64,000 bases of DNA from an uncultured delta proteobacterium. Lineage in GTDB: Bacteria; Desulfobacterota; Binatia; UBA9968. The stretch spans positions 168,818 to 232,817 of the forward strand of contig CAVXEP010000001.1 of NCBI GenBank assembly GCA_963760795.1, in the 5' to 3' direction. Of this stretch, positions 51,309 to 62,488 are shown piece after piece; within the stretch, counting starts at the first letter, position 1, and every line of letters starts with the position of its first letter. A program made the position numbers and the translations under genes. The notes beneath the pieces are model-generated. The model made no database searches, was not told where the DNA came from, and saw only the letters and a list, made by a program, of their open reading frames with translations.

Positions 51309-52031
51309 ATGTTTACCGACAAGGTCGAAGTTAAGGATTTTGAGAAACAGGATCCGGAATACCAGGATCTGATTCGCCGCGTCTTGGCGATTCAAGCCGA
51401 TTGCGAGATCGGCGGCCCGAATCTTTATGTAAAGCATATTTTGCCGAGTGCGCCGACCAAGTTGGATCAGCTGATCGTCGCCCGCACGGCGGCCGAAGAG
51501 ATGGACCATTTCCGTAAAATGGCCCGTTTGGCCGGCGATATCGGCGTCGATGTTTCCTATACGCTCAGCCGGACCAATCAGGAACGCTACGTCGAAGCGT
51601 TTCGCGGCGAGATCAAAACCTGGGAAGATTATGCCGTCTTCGGTTTCTTGATCGATCGCGTCGGCCGCTTCCAGCTGGAAGAATTTCTTGACTGTAGCTA
51701 TGCGCCGCTTGCCCGCGTGGTCGAGGATCCGGATATCATCCGCGAGGAAGAAGGTCATCTTGACTTCGGCACCAACGCCACCGCCGATTTCGCCGCCAAA
51801 GGCGGTGAGTTTAAGGAAAGAGTACAAAAAGCGGTGGACTACTGGTACGTCAAGGGGCTCGACATGTTCGGCAACAGCAAGTCTTACCGTTCCGAGCGCT
51901 ATATGCACTGGGGGCTTAAACGCCGGTCCAATTCGGTAGCGCGCCAGCAGTACAAAGACGAAATCGACGCGCTGATTTTGAAGATGGGCCTAACGCTCCC
52001 CGATCCTAACAAGGGCCGGCTTTACACATAA
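51309..52031 (+). CDS. Ferritin-like diiron protein (PaaA/PaaC / BoxB-related oxygenase subunit)
   Basis: ADCE, EEMDH, LIDR, EEEGH ligand pattern; LDMFG; WGLKRRSN. Confidence 0.8.
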   Translation: MFTDKVEVKDFEKQDPEYQDLIRRVLAIQADCEIGGPNLYVKHILPSAPTKLDQLIVARTAAEEMDHFRKMARLAGDIGVDVSYTLSRTNQERYVEAFRGEIKTWEDYAVFGFLIDRVGRFQLEEFLDCSYAPLARVVEDPDIIREEEGHLDFGTNATADFAAKGGEFKERVQKAVDYWYVKGLDMFGNSKSYRSERYMHWGLKRRSNSVARQQYKDEIDALILKMGLTLPDPNKGRLYT

Positions 52032-52094
52032 CTAATACCGTTGTCGTTTGCGCGGCTCACTCGAGACGCGCAACCACGACCGGCGAGGAGTGTC

Positions 52095-52287
52095 ATGGAA
52101 GCAGCAGCAAATACCGAAGCGCTTGGACCAGCAGTTCAAAGAATTCATTCAAGCCTTGAAGAAAGCGGTGGGCGCCGGCATACCGCACTTGAAGGACGAT
52201 CCGAAAATCGTCGATCAGGCGATCGCCGACTGCAAGGAAATTCTCGACGTGGTCATGGAAGGCGATGTCAAGCAGTGGCTCTCCTGA
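52095..52287 (+). CDS. Small hypothetical protein, apparent +1 frameshift near 52122
   Basis: GAGGAG SD + ATG 52095 (MEAAANTEAL) joins the frame of 52048..52287 (DQQFKEFIQ...). Confidence 0.55.
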
Positions 52288-52333
52288 GCGGCTGATCGGC
52301 AAAATTTAATCGAATCAAATCAGTCTCACGACC

Positions 52334-52361
52334 AGAGGCGCCTTGTCCCAAGGGCGCCTTT
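52334..52361 (+). terminator. Hairpin, possible intrinsic terminator
   Basis: AGAGGCGCCTTG-TCC-CAAGGGCGCCTTT. Confidence 0.45.
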
Positions 52362-52405
52362 GTCGTATTTGTAACACTTGAATTCTTCCACGGGAGAGCA
52401 AAACA

Positions 52406-53185
52406 TTGAATGTCGTCGTCTGTGGCAAAGTCATTCCCGCGAGCACGGTCATCATCGAGCTCGACGCCAATAACAAACGCATGGTGCGCAAAGGCGTGCC
52501 CCACGAACTCGACCCGATGGCGGCGAGCGCGGTGGAAGAAGGGCTGCGTTTGGTCGAGAAACATGGCGGCCAGGTCGTGTTGGTGACCATGGGCACGAGC
52601 GATGTAACCATCGGCATCCGCAACGCGTTGGCGATGGGCGTGGCGTCGGCGGTGCATATTCTCGACGACGCGGTGGCCGGTTCCGACACGCTGGCGACGG
52701 CAAAACTGTTGGCCGCGGCGATTAAGAAACAGGAATTCGATATCGTTCTCTGCGCCACCGAAAGCGGCGACAGCTACTCCGGCATCGTCCATGGGCAAAT
52801 CGCCCAGCTACTGGGCATTCCACCGCTTACTTTTGCCAAAGAGATCACCGTCGACGGCGGCAAGGTCGCGATCAAGCGCCAAAGCGAGTCGGGCTACGAT
52901 ATCGTCGAATCGACGTTGCCTGCCCTGGTGGCCTGTAGCAGCGGTATCAACGAACCGCGCTATCCGCAGTTGAAGGGCATCATGGCGGCGAAGAAAAAAG
53001 AGATCAAAGTCTACAGCGCGAACGATCTCGGTTTGTCGCCGGACCAAGTGGGGGAAAAAGGCGCGCGCGAAAAAGTTCTGACCATTGGCCGTCCGCCCAA
53101 GCGGCAAGCCGGCAAAGCGGTAACCGACGAAGGGGAAGGCGGCAAGCAGATCGCGGACTTTCTTGCTGAAATCAAGGTGATCTAA
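52406..53185 (+). CDS. etfB: Electron transfer flavoprotein beta subunit
   Basis: ALAMG, GSDTLATA, INEPRYP.LKGIMAAKKK. Confidence 0.92.
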   Translation: MNVVVCGKVIPASTVIIELDANNKRMVRKGVPHELDPMAASAVEEGLRLVEKHGGQVVLVTMGTSDVTIGIRNALAMGVASAVHILDDAVAGSDTLATAKLLAAAIKKQEFDIVLCATESGDSYSGIVHGQIAQLLGIPPLTFAKEITVDGGKVAIKRQSESGYDIVESTLPALVACSSGINEPRYPQLKGIMAAKKKEIKVYSANDLGLSPDQVGEKGAREKVLTIGRPPKRQAGKAVTDEGEGGKQIADFLAEIKVI

Positions 53186-54154
53186 GTGGCGGACACAATC
53201 TGGGTATACGCGGAAATTGGCGACGATAAAATTACCACCACGTCGTTGGAGATGCTCGCTAAGGCCTCCGAAGCCGGCAAGGCCGAGGTGGTGCTCCTCG
53301 GCCCGGCGCCTGACGATGCCGTGCAGACGCTGGCCAATCACGGTGCCAGCAAGATCTACCACTGCGCCGACGCGGTTTACAAAGACTATCTGACTTTACC
53401 GGCGGCCGAGACCGTTGCCGGCCTGATTCAAAAGCATAATCCTGCGGTGATGTTGTTTGCGTCGAGCTACTCCGGCCGCGACTTGGTCGCCAACCTGAGC
53501 GCCCGGCTCGACTGCGGCGCAATCACCGATGTCGGTGATTTCGAGCTGAAAGACGGCAGCGTGGTGGCGACTATTCCAGCACTCGGGGCTAGCTACGAGA
53601 ATACCAGCACCTTACTCAATCAGGGCACGAAACTCTTAGTCGTGCGGCCGAAGTCCTTCGAACCAAAAGAAAACCCGCAACCGCTGACTGTTGAAGAAGT
53701 CCCGGCGGCGGCGGACGACAGCTTGCGCAAAGTCCACATGAAAGAACGGGTCGTGGTCAAACGTGAAGGGCCGTCTCTGGAAGGCGCCAAGATAGTCGTC
53801 TCCGGCGGCCGTGGCCTCAAGGGTGAAGAGCAATTCAGCTTACTCAAGGATCTCGCCGATGTGCTCGGCGGCGCCGTCGGCGCCAGCCGCGCTGCGGTGG
53901 ACGCCGGCTGGGTGCCCTACGCCATGCAGATCGGCCAAACCGGCAAGACCGTCAAGCCGGATATTTATTTCGCCGTCGGCATCTCCGGCGCCGTGCAGCA
54001 TCTCTCGGGAATGAAGACCTCCAAATACATCATCACCATCAACAAAGACGCCGATGCGCCGATCTTCCAGTACTCCGACTTCGGCGTGGTCGGCGACCTG
54101 TTCAAAATCGTCCCGCAGCTGATCGAAGAGCTGAAAAAGCGCAAGGGCGCGTAG
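53186..54154 (+). CDS. etfA: Electron transfer flavoprotein alpha subunit
   Basis: [37 protein letters not shown]. Confidence 0.93.
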   Translation: MADTIWVYAEIGDDKITTTSLEMLAKASEAGKAEVVLLGPAPDDAVQTLANHGASKIYHCADAVYKDYLTLPAAETVAGLIQKHNPAVMLFASSYSGRDLVANLSARLDCGAITDVGDFELKDGSVVATIPALGASYENTSTLLNQGTKLLVVRPKSFEPKENPQPLTVEEVPAAADDSLRKVHMKERVVVKREGPSLEGAKIVVSGGRGLKGEEQFSLLKDLADVLGGAVGASRAAVDAGWVPYAMQIGQTGKTVKPDIYFAVGISGAVQHLSGMKTSKYIITINKDADAPIFQYSDFGVVGDLFKIVPQLIEELKKRKGA

Positions 54155-54234
54155 CTCGGAATTCAATTAGCCGCACCCTTCGACGCTGCTCAGGGTGGTC
54201 GGGACGCAAAGGGCGCAAATAATTTCGATCGGGC

Positions 54235-54263
54235 AGGGGCGGGTTTGAAACCCGCCCTTTTTT
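54235..54263 (+). terminator. REP-like hairpin with T-tract, probable terminator after etfA
   Basis: GGGCGGGTTT-G-AAACCCGCCC-TTTTTT. Confidence 0.6.
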
Positions 54264-54328
54264 ATTCCTTTCGTTTAATGCTGCTCTTGTCAGTGAGCGG
54301 TCCCATCACGTAGAATCCGCGCTTAATC

Positions 54329-55904
54329 ATGGCAACCAATAACGGCAGCAGCGATAAATCCCTCGAATCGTGGATCTGGGATGCGGCGTGTTCGATTCGC
54401 GGTGCGAAGGACGCGCCGAAGTACAAGGAGTTCATCCTCCCGCTGATCTTCACCAAGCGGCTTTGCGATGTCTTCGACGACGAGGTGAACCGCATCGCCA
54501 AGGAGGTTGGCTCACGGGCCAAGGCGTTCAAGCTGGTGAAACACGACAAGAAGCTTGTCCGCTTCTTCTTGCCGCTCGAGCCAAAAGATCCGGATGATCC
54601 TGTCTGGTCAGTGATTCGCATCCCGCCGAAGAGTGATAAACCCGTAGGCGAGGGAGAACGGGTCACGACCCACCTCCGCGCCATCGCTGATGCCAACCCG
54701 CTGCTGAAAGGGATCATCGACCGGGTGGATTTCAACGCCACCACGCACGGCCAGCGCGATCTCGACGACGACCGACTCAGCAACCTCATCGAGGCGATCA
54801 GCGCCAAGCCGCTCGGCCTCGGCGACGTCGAGCCGGACATCATCGGGCGCAGCTACGAGTATCTGATTCGCAAGTTCGCCGAAGGCAGCGGCCAGAGCGC
54901 GGGCGAGTTCTACACACCGACGGAGGTCGGTTTCGTCATCGCGCGGATCATGGACCCCGAGCCGGGCATGGATATCTACGATCCCTGCTGCGGCTCCGCC
55001 GGCCTGCTCATCAAGTGCGAGTTGGTCTTGCAGGAAAAGATGAACCTGCGCTCGCGCAAAACTTTCGCGCCCGCCAAGCTCTACGGCCAGGAAAACGAAC
55101 CCGGCACCTGGGCGATGGCGAACATGAACATGATCATCCACGACATGGAAGGCGAGATTGAGATCGGCGACACCTTCCGGAACCCGAAGTTCCGCCAGGG
55201 CAATCGCCTCCAGACCTTCGACCGCGTCGTCGCCAATCCCGATGTGGAATCAGACTGAGTTCAAGGAAAAGGACTACGACGCCGACGAACTCGACCGCTT
55301 TCCGAAAGGCGCGGGCTACCCCGGCAACAAGGCCGACTGGGGCTGGGTGCAGCACATCCTCGCGAGCATGAACGACAAAGGCCGCGCCGCCATCGTGCTC
55401 GACACCGGCGCCGCCTCGCGCGGCTCCGGCAACGCCAACACGAACAAGGAAAAAGACGTGCGCAAGTGGTTCGTCGAGCAGGACCTGATCGAGGGCGTCA
55501 TCTACCTGCCGGAAAACCTTTTCTACAACACCACCGCGCCGGGCATCATTCTTTTCCTCAACAAAGCCAAGCCGAAGGACCGTCAAGGCAAGCTCTTCCT
55601 GGTCAACGCCAGCCGTGAGTTCGCCAAGGGCGATCCGAAGAACTATCTCCCCGACGACGCCATCCTGCGCATCGCAGACACTTTCAATTCTTGGCGCGAA
55701 GAAGAGAAATTCAGCCGTATCGTCACGCGCGAAGAGATCGCAAAGAACGACTTCAACATCTCGCCTAGCCGCTACATCCACACGGGCGAAGCGGACGAAT
55801 ATCGGCCGATCGCGGAGATTGTCGAAGAGTTAGAAGCGCTTGATCAAGAATCCGCGGAAACTAGCCGCAGTCTTAAGAAAGTACTGCAATTGCTCACGAC
55901 TTAG
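54329..55904 (+). CDS. hsdM: Type I restriction-modification methyltransferase subunit, apparent +1 frameshift near 55240
   Basis: LESWIWDAAC.IRG, GEFYTP, IYDPCCGSAG, VVANPMW, LPENLFYNT. Confidence 0.9.
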
Positions 55905-55907
55905 AAT

Positions 55908-57140
55908 ATGGATTCAACGATTCTCCAACCGACAGGAGATTATCCAGACGACTGGTTGAGGACAGATTTCGACCACTTTGCTACGCTTCAAAGAGGCGCA
56001 GATTTGACGCGGGATCATTTCCGCACTGGCAGTGTTCCGGTCGCAGGCTCAAACGGAATCATTGGCTACCATGACGCCGCGAATGCTAAGGCACCAGGAA
56101 TAACCGTTGGAAGGAGTGGTTCGGTCGGCAAGGTTACTTTGTATCGTCAGGATTTTTGGGCGCACAACACCGCCTTGTATGTGAAGGATTTTCACGGCAA
56201 CGCACCAGAGTTCATCGCGTTTTTTTTGGACTTCCTGCGGCTTGCAAGATTTGGTTCAGGCGCATCCGTTCCAACACTAGATCGCAATGTCTTTCGTACT
56301 CTGCCAATTATTATTCCGACTCCATGCGAGCAGCGGAAGATTGCGGCGGTGTTGGGGTTGGTGCAGCGGGCGATCGAGCAGCAGGAGCGCCTGATCGCGC
56401 TGACTACGGAACTGAAAAAGGCGCTGCTGCACAAACTCTTCACCGAAGGCCTCCGCGGCGAACCCCAAAAACAAACCGAAATCGGCCCCGTGCCGGAGAG
56501 TTGGGAGGTGGCGCCGCTCGGCGAATATTTGACCGAAGCCCAATACGGCATTTCGACGAAAGGTGGCGAGACCGGCCGGTATGCTGTGCTCCGTATGACG
56601 AATCAAAGACAAGGGCGAATCTCATCTGACAATCTGCAATATGTTGAACTCACGTTGGATCAGTTTCGGAGTTTTCGTGTTGAGAGACTAGACATACTCT
56701 TCAACCGTACCAACAGCTTCGAACTAGTAGGCCGAACCGCTATCTTCGATCTTGGGGGAGATTTCGTCTTTGCGTCTTATCTGATTCGCCTGCGCACGGA
56801 TGCGGAGCGTCTCCTGCCTTTCTTCCTGAACCATTACTTCAATTGGAACGAGACACAGGTGCGACTGAAGTCCATCGCCACCCGAGCGATCAGCCAAAGC
56901 AACATTAGCGCGAGTCGTCTGCGCGGTTTCGTCGTTCCAGTGCCGAAGCCAGTAGAACAGGACGAGTTTGTCGAGAAACTGGATTGTCTCGATCAAAAGC
57001 TCTCGGTTCACGCAAGCAAGCACGCCGTCCTCACCGATCTCTTCCGCACATTGCTGCACCAGTTGATGACAGCGCAGGTTCGGGTCAATGACCTCGGCCT
57101 CGACGAGATTGTTGCCGGTGCGGGGATGGAGGCTGCCTGA
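55908..57140 (+). CDS. hsdS: Type I restriction-modification specificity subunit
   Basis: Two TRDs separated by the conserved EQRKIA...LKKALLHKLFT...TEIGPVPESW helix. Confidence 0.9.
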   Translation: MDSTILQPTGDYPDDWLRTDFDHFATLQRGADLTRDHFRTGSVPVAGSNGIIGYHDAANAKAPGITVGRSGSVGKVTLYRQDFWAHNTALYVKDFHGNAPEFIAFFLDFLRLARFGSGASVPTLDRNVFRTLPIIIPTPCEQRKIAAVLGLVQRAIEQQERLIALTTELKKALLHKLFTEGLRGEPQKQTEIGPVPESWEVAPLGEYLTEAQYGISTKGGETGRYAVLRMTNQRQGRISSDNLQYVELTLDQFRSFRVERLDILFNRTNSFELVGRTAIFDLGGDFVFASYLIRLRTDAERLLPFFLNHYFNWNETQVRLKSIATRAISQSNISASRLRGFVVPVPKPVEQDEFVEKLDCLDQKLSVHASKHAVLTDLFRTLLHQLMTAQVRVNDLGLDEIVAGAGMEAA

Positions 57141-58225
57141 TGGCCTTTGATCCAGATAAGCCATACAACGATCTCCCGTTGCTCCCGCCGAAGGTAGAGC
57201 TTGAAACCAAAGCGGTGCTGCGAAAGGTGATCGCGGCGAACAAGGCGCTGGCGGAGCTGAAGGGTGCAGGCGAGTTGATTCCGAATCAGCGTGTTTTGAT
57301 CAACGTGATTGTTTTGCAGGAGGCGAAGCTGTCGTCGGAGATCGAGAACGTGGTGACGACGAATGACGAATTGTACCGTGCTTTTGCCGACGCGGGGCAA
57401 ACCACCAACCTGCAGACAAAAGAAGTTCTACACTGTTCGGAAGCGCTCTGGCACGGCTACGAGTTGCTAAAGAAAAAGAAACGACCGCTGACAACCAACT
57501 TGTTCATCGAGCTGTTCCAGAACGTCAAGCAGACGACAGATGGAATACGGAAAGGCGGGGGAACCAAACTGGCGAATCCGGCGACTAAAAAGATCATTTA
57601 CACCCCGCCGGAGGGGGAACATGTCCTACGCGATAAGCTGGCTAACCTGGAGAAGTTCATCTACGCGGATGACGAACTGGACCCGCTGATCAAGCTTGCT
57701 GTGTTGCATTATCAGTTCGAAGCGATTCATCCGTTTAGCGACGGCAATGGGCGGACCGGGCGCATCATCAATATTCTTTACCTGCTCGACCGGGACTTGC
57801 TCGATACACCGGTGTTGTATCTGAGCCGGTACATTATCGAGAACAAGGATGGCTACTACCGGACGCTGAGAAAGGTCACGGAAACCGGTGCATGGGAGCC
57901 CTGGGTTCTTTATATGCTGGAAGGGGTGGAACAAACCGCACGATGGACACGTAGTCGGGTCGTTGCGATCAAGGAGTTGATGAACAAGACCGCCGAGACG
58001 GTTAGGAAACGGGCGCCAAAAATCTATTCAAAAGATCTTATAGAGGTCATCTTTAATCAGCCATACAGCAAGATCAAATCCCTGGAAGAGATGGGAATCG
58101 GCAATCGGCAGACCACGTCGGCTTATTTGAGGGAGTTGGAAAAAATCGGCGTGCTCCGCGGTGTGAAAAAGGGCCGGGAAATTTACTATCTGAACGGCAA
58201 GTTCTTGGATTTGCTCGCGAAGTAG
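57140..58225 (+). CDS. Fic family protein (adenylyltransferase)
   Basis: SSEIEN inhibitory motif; canonical HPFSDGNGRTGR. Confidence 0.92.
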   Translation: MAFDPDKPYNDLPLLPPKVELETKAVLRKVIAANKALAELKGAGELIPNQRVLINVIVLQEAKLSSEIENVVTTNDELYRAFADAGQTTNLQTKEVLHCSEALWHGYELLKKKKRPLTTNLFIELFQNVKQTTDGIRKGGGTKLANPATKKIIYTPPEGEHVLRDKLANLEKFIYADDELDPLIKLAVLHYQFEAIHPFSDGNGRTGRIINILYLLDRDLLDTPVLYLSRYIIENKDGYYRTLRKVTETGAWEPWVLYMLEGVEQTARWTRSRVVAIKELMNKTAETVRKRAPKIYSKDLIEVIFNQPYSKIKSLEEMGIGNRQTTSAYLRELEKIGVLRGVKKGREIYYLNGKFLDLLAK

Positions 58226-58569
58226 GACGAAAGGGCAGGTTGGACATTTGTTCGCGGAACGAACCTATGCCGGGGATATGTCGAAAAAAGCAGTTTTTTT
58301 CGACATATCTCGAAAATATGTCGATGGCGCGAACATGTAGGCGAGTGTGTCTGATCCCCCATCTTCTTCACCGAGTTGCGCGCAACTTAAGTGGCGCGAT
58401 TCCGGAATCGCGCCAGTAGGAACCGGGTGTGCGACAGAACTTGCGTGATAGGGAGTTGGTTAAGCACTCACGGTCACAAAGATTAATCGGATATGTCCAA
58501 GAAAACCGACTTTTTGGACACATCCCGAGAACTTGTCCATTGCTTGGACATATCGATATAGCTTGACTG

Positions 58570-59353
58570 ATGGCTAATCCCACCGAGTACAAGACCGTTC
58601 AGGCGAGGATCTTGACGTACGCCCAGGAAATCGGCTGGACCTATGTGCCGCGCACCAAAGCTGAAGAGCGACGTGGCTTCGATCCTGACGGCGCTACGCC
58701 AGAAGACCGCGCCCGACTGGGGTCTCTCTATTTCGGCGATTTACTTCACTCTCAGGTAGTCGCGTTCAATCCCAAATACAAAGAGGCCGAAGGCGCCTTG
58801 ATCGGTGAGTTTCAACGGCTCAACGCGGATATCACCGGCAATCGCGATTTTCTAACCTACCTGCGTAACGAGGGGAAATTCTTCTGCGCCGAAGACAATC
58901 GCGAACTAGACCTGACGCTGATTGATTACACCGACGGCACACGTCCACGCAATAAGTACCGCAACGTCTATGAGGTGACGGAAGAATTCTATTTTCACAA
59001 CGGCCACTACGGTACACGGGAAGACGTGGTCTTTCTTATCAACGGCATCCCGGTATTGGCTATCGAGTGCAAGAACGCGGGTAAGGACGAGGCGATCGCA
59101 CTGGGCGTTGACCAGATCCGCCGTTACCACATTGAGACGCCGGAAGTCATGGTGCCCGAAATGCTGTTCACCACTATGGAGGCCATCGGCTTCGCCTACG
59201 GAGTAACCTGGAACACGCTGCGCCGTAATATTTTTAACTGGAAGCACGAGCAGGTCGGCAACCTCGAAGCCAAGGTTAAAACCTTCTGTGCAATTCCGCA
59301 TGTGCTCAACCTGCTGAAAGACTACATCGTCTTCGCCGAGCAAGAAGGAGGAT
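58570..59353 (+). pseudogene. hsdR: Type I restriction endonuclease subunit R, N-terminal fragment truncated at the junction with IS21
   Basis: REDVVFLINGIPVLAIECK, QIRRY nuclease motifs; sequence switches to IS DNA before any helicase motif. Confidence 0.85.
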
Positions 59354-60704
59354 GCCGAGCCGCATCAGGCCGAGGCACGCGCGGTACCCCTGCTCGGGAT
59401 GCGGGCGGCGCTCGAGGATGCCCGCCACGAGCCGGCCGGTCGCCGGGCCGGTCTGCGCGGCCCACGCGATCAGGCGCGACGGCGTCCATTCGGCGTGCGC
59501 GCGATGCGCGCGCGGCATGTGCGCCACCTGGGTGGCAAACCGGCCCCGGCCGGTGAGCCGCAGATGCGTCGCGACACACCGCCCCTTGAAGAGGAGTTCC
59601 ACGGTCGCCTGGGTGAAACGCGCCTCGACCCGTGCGTGCACGAGCGGCGACGGCACGCTGTAGAAGTTGTGATCGACCTCGACGTGGTAATCGATATTGA
59701 CGCGACACGGCTTCCACTCGGCGAGCTCGTAGCGCGTCCGCGGCAACGGCACGAGCGCCGGCCGATCGAGTTGCGTAAAGAGCGCCCGCCGACTGACGCC
59801 GGTGATCCTCATCGGGCGTTCGTTGATCGCGTCGACCTGCTCGGCAATCGCGGCGTTCAGATCGGCGAGCGTGAAAAACGTGCGGTGGCGCAGCACCGCC
59901 AGGATCCAGCGTTGGGCGATCTGGACACTGACTTCGACTTTGGGTTTGTCGGTCGGCGTGGCGACGCGGGCGGGAATCACCACCGCGCCATAGTGGCGGG
60001 CGAGGTCGGCGTACGTGCGGTTCACCTCCGGTTCGTAGCGGCTCGCCGTCGTGACGCCGCTCTTCAAATTGTCCGGGACCCAGATCGCCGGACTCCCCTG
60101 AAAGTAGTCCAGCATGCGGACGTGCGCGCCGATCCACGACGGCAGGTCCTGGCTCCGCGTGGCCTCGGCGTAGATCAAGCTGCTCGCGCCGAGCACGCCG
60201 ACGAAGAGTTCGACCGCGATCTCCTCACCGGTCTGCGGATCGACCAGGTGCGGCCGCTTGCCGGAGAAATCGACAAACAGCTTCTCGCCGGCGCGATGCA
60301 CCTGCCGCATCGACGGTTTGAGCGTCCGCGCCCACCGGCGGTACCGCTCACAAAACTGGCTGTAGGCGTACCCGTCCGGCGCCTGCGCGCGATACTCCTG
60401 CCACAAGAGCGCCAGCGTCACGCCGGGCTTCTTCAGCTCCTGATGCAGCGGCGCCCACTCGGGCACGACCCGCACGCGCGGCCGCCGCCGGCCGCGCAAA
60501 CACCCGCGCCTCCAGCGCGGCGTCATCGAGGTCGTCGGGCAGCGGCCACGTCAGGCCCGCCGCCGTCGCGCGCTGCAAGTAGGTCGTCACCGTGCCCAAG
60601 CCCAGGGCACAGGCCTGCGCAATCGCGCGGTGGCTGAGACCGGCGTCGTATTTGAGGCGGAGCAGTTCGCGGAGTCGTCGCATCAGTAGCCTCGAGGCTG
60701 CCAT
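59354..60704 (-). pseudogene. istA: IS21 transposase IstA, 3'-truncated, apparent +1 frameshift near 60480
   Basis: LLWQEY, YSQFC, GEKLFVDFSG, VPDNLKSGV, DKPKVE, DYHVEVDHNFYSVP; ends at RACLGLMRLG. Confidence 0.88.
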
Positions 60705-60767
60705 CCAGGACCTTCCTTTCGGAGAAAAGATCCAGGAGTGCTTCGCTACCGACGAGCGTTCAGCTTG

Positions 60768-60912
60768 ACCGGAACCGGTGTTCACGATCACCGGAATCCG
60801 TGTTCATCATGGCCGGAATCGGCGTTCATGATGACCGGAATCGGTGTTCACCATCGGTCGGAATGGGTGTTCACGTTGGCCCGGAATGACCGTTCACGAT
60901 GGGCCGGAATAC
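60768..60912. repeat. IS21 subterminal direct repeats (CCGGAATCGGTGTTCACGAT-like, ~22-bp period)
   Basis: Seven degenerate units visible, no unique spacers. Confidence 0.85.
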
Positions 60913-60961
60913 GCAATTAATGAACAGCGCGAAATCCTGAACACTCTACCGTCCACATGCT

Positions 60962-61670
60962 TCAGACGCCCGGCAGGTCGATGACCGTCGGCGCGTTGAC
61001 GAGCCGGTAGCTCTCGTCGACGACGCTGACGTTGTAGATCGGAATGCCCTGATGCTCGTAGCGGCCGAAGCCTCCGTGAACATGCCCACAGATCACGACC
61101 CTCGGGCGAACTCTCTCGATCGCCACGAGCAGTTCTCGGCTGCCGACGTGCTCCACACGACGTGAGTCGAGGTCGAAAGTGCTGTCGCCGTACCCGTATG
61201 GTGGTTGGTGCGACACCAGTACGTCGATGCCGTCGGGGATCGCCGCGTAGACGCGCTCGAGATCGCTCGGCCGCTTCATGAACGCCCACCGCATGAACGG
61301 GTTGGACCAGGGCGTCGCCCACACGGACATTTCGCGACCCGCGCCCCCGGCGGACGGCACACGTCGTCCCTTCGTCCACGAGGATCTGAAGGTCGGTCGA
61401 TCGCGCGTGGGCCGGCGTGTCCGAGCGGAAGCTGCACATCTGCCCGCACCAGTCGTGATTGCCCCACGTGAGGAGCTTGTGTGTCGCCGGCGTGGCGGCG
61501 AGCCAGGGCCGTACGGTCCGGTCAAACCACGCCTGCTGTTGATACGGGTCGTGGACCGCCATGAACGGCCCGAAACGGTCCGGGCAGACATCGCCGGCGA
61601 CGATCAAGAGATCGCACGGCGGAACGTCGGGCAGGAACCCGTGCTGATCGCTGAGCGCAACGATTCGCAT
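60962..61670 (-). CDS. Metallophosphoesterase, apparent +1 frameshift near 61365
   Basis: SDQHG, AGD, GNHD, SHQPP, CGHVH. Confidence 0.88.
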
Positions 61671-62212
61671 GCTGTGATCTCAACGCCAGTGTCGCATCGT
61701 CTGGTCACCGCGGCCATAGGTCCTGGTACCTCTCGCCATGCGTTGCCGTGACTTGCCATGCGTCGATGATGTTGACGGCCGTGGCTCGCCTGACCGATGC
61801 CAGATTGCGGTGCTATGGCGGCCTGCCCGGGACTAGTGCCGGCGTGCCGCGTCCAGTTCCAGGTCTCTTCACCGTTGACGTCGAACCCGGCCGGCGCTAT
61901 CCTGTTTTCATCGTCTTGGTCCGCTACTGAATTTCTGAACTCGCGTCCACCTTCACGTTGGGTGGCACGCCACCTTCCACTGACTCCTCGGACCGAGTGC
62001 GGATCGACTGCGGTTCGCTGCTAAGCGGCATCCGCACCGACCGCGCCGAGCAACGACGCGGCGGGCCCTCAGGGCCGCTGCCGTCGGCTGGCACCAACCA
62101 ACGAAGTTCACTGTCGGTTCGGTGTTCTCGGAATCGTTCCGGGGAGGTTCGTATGAAGAGACACGGTCGATCGCACGTCCTCGAGCGAGAGCCTGCAGCC
62201 GGAGGCCACATC

Positions 62213-62482
62213 ATGAGGGCCAGGCTGACGATGGGCGCGGGCATCACACGCGAGGATCGGGCGTTCGACGACCCGCACGAATCGCGTCGCACAACGTTGC
62301 CCATCTTGCTCACGGTCGACGAGGCCGCGGATCTGCTGCGAACCACGCGCCGAGGGATCTACACGATGATCGAACGGCGCCAGTTGCCCGGCGTGATCCG
62401 CATCCGCCGGCGAGTCCTCCTGCGCGCGGAAGATTTGCTAAACTGGCTGGACCAGAAGCGTGCGCCATCACCGGAGGAGTAA
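62213..62482 (+). CDS. Excisionase-family helix-turn-helix protein
   Basis: LLTVDEAADLLR, QLPG.IRI.RRVL, DLLNWL; GGAGG SD; directly upstream of the integrase. Confidence 0.85.
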   Translation: MRARLTMGAGITREDRAFDDPHESRRTTLPILLTVDEAADLLRTTRRGIYTMIERRQLPGVIRIRRRVLLRAEDLLNWLDQKRAPSPEE

Positions 62483-62488
62483 CCGGCG

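Larger units (their letters stand above)
59354..60915 (-). mobile_element. IS21 family element, right part missing (no istB or right end)
   Basis: Left end TGCGTATTCCGG at 60915 followed by about 7 copies of a ~22-bp repeat, then istA. Confidence 0.88.

Noticed and set aside
59354-59556. C-terminal tail of the 58570..59556 ORF as a novel HsdR fusion
   Set aside because: It is read-through into antisense istA
60768-60912. Regular ~22-bp repeats resembling a CRISPR array or iterons
   Set aside because: No unique spacers and no cas or rep gene; they abut an IS21 terminus and istA, as expected for IS21 subterminal repeats
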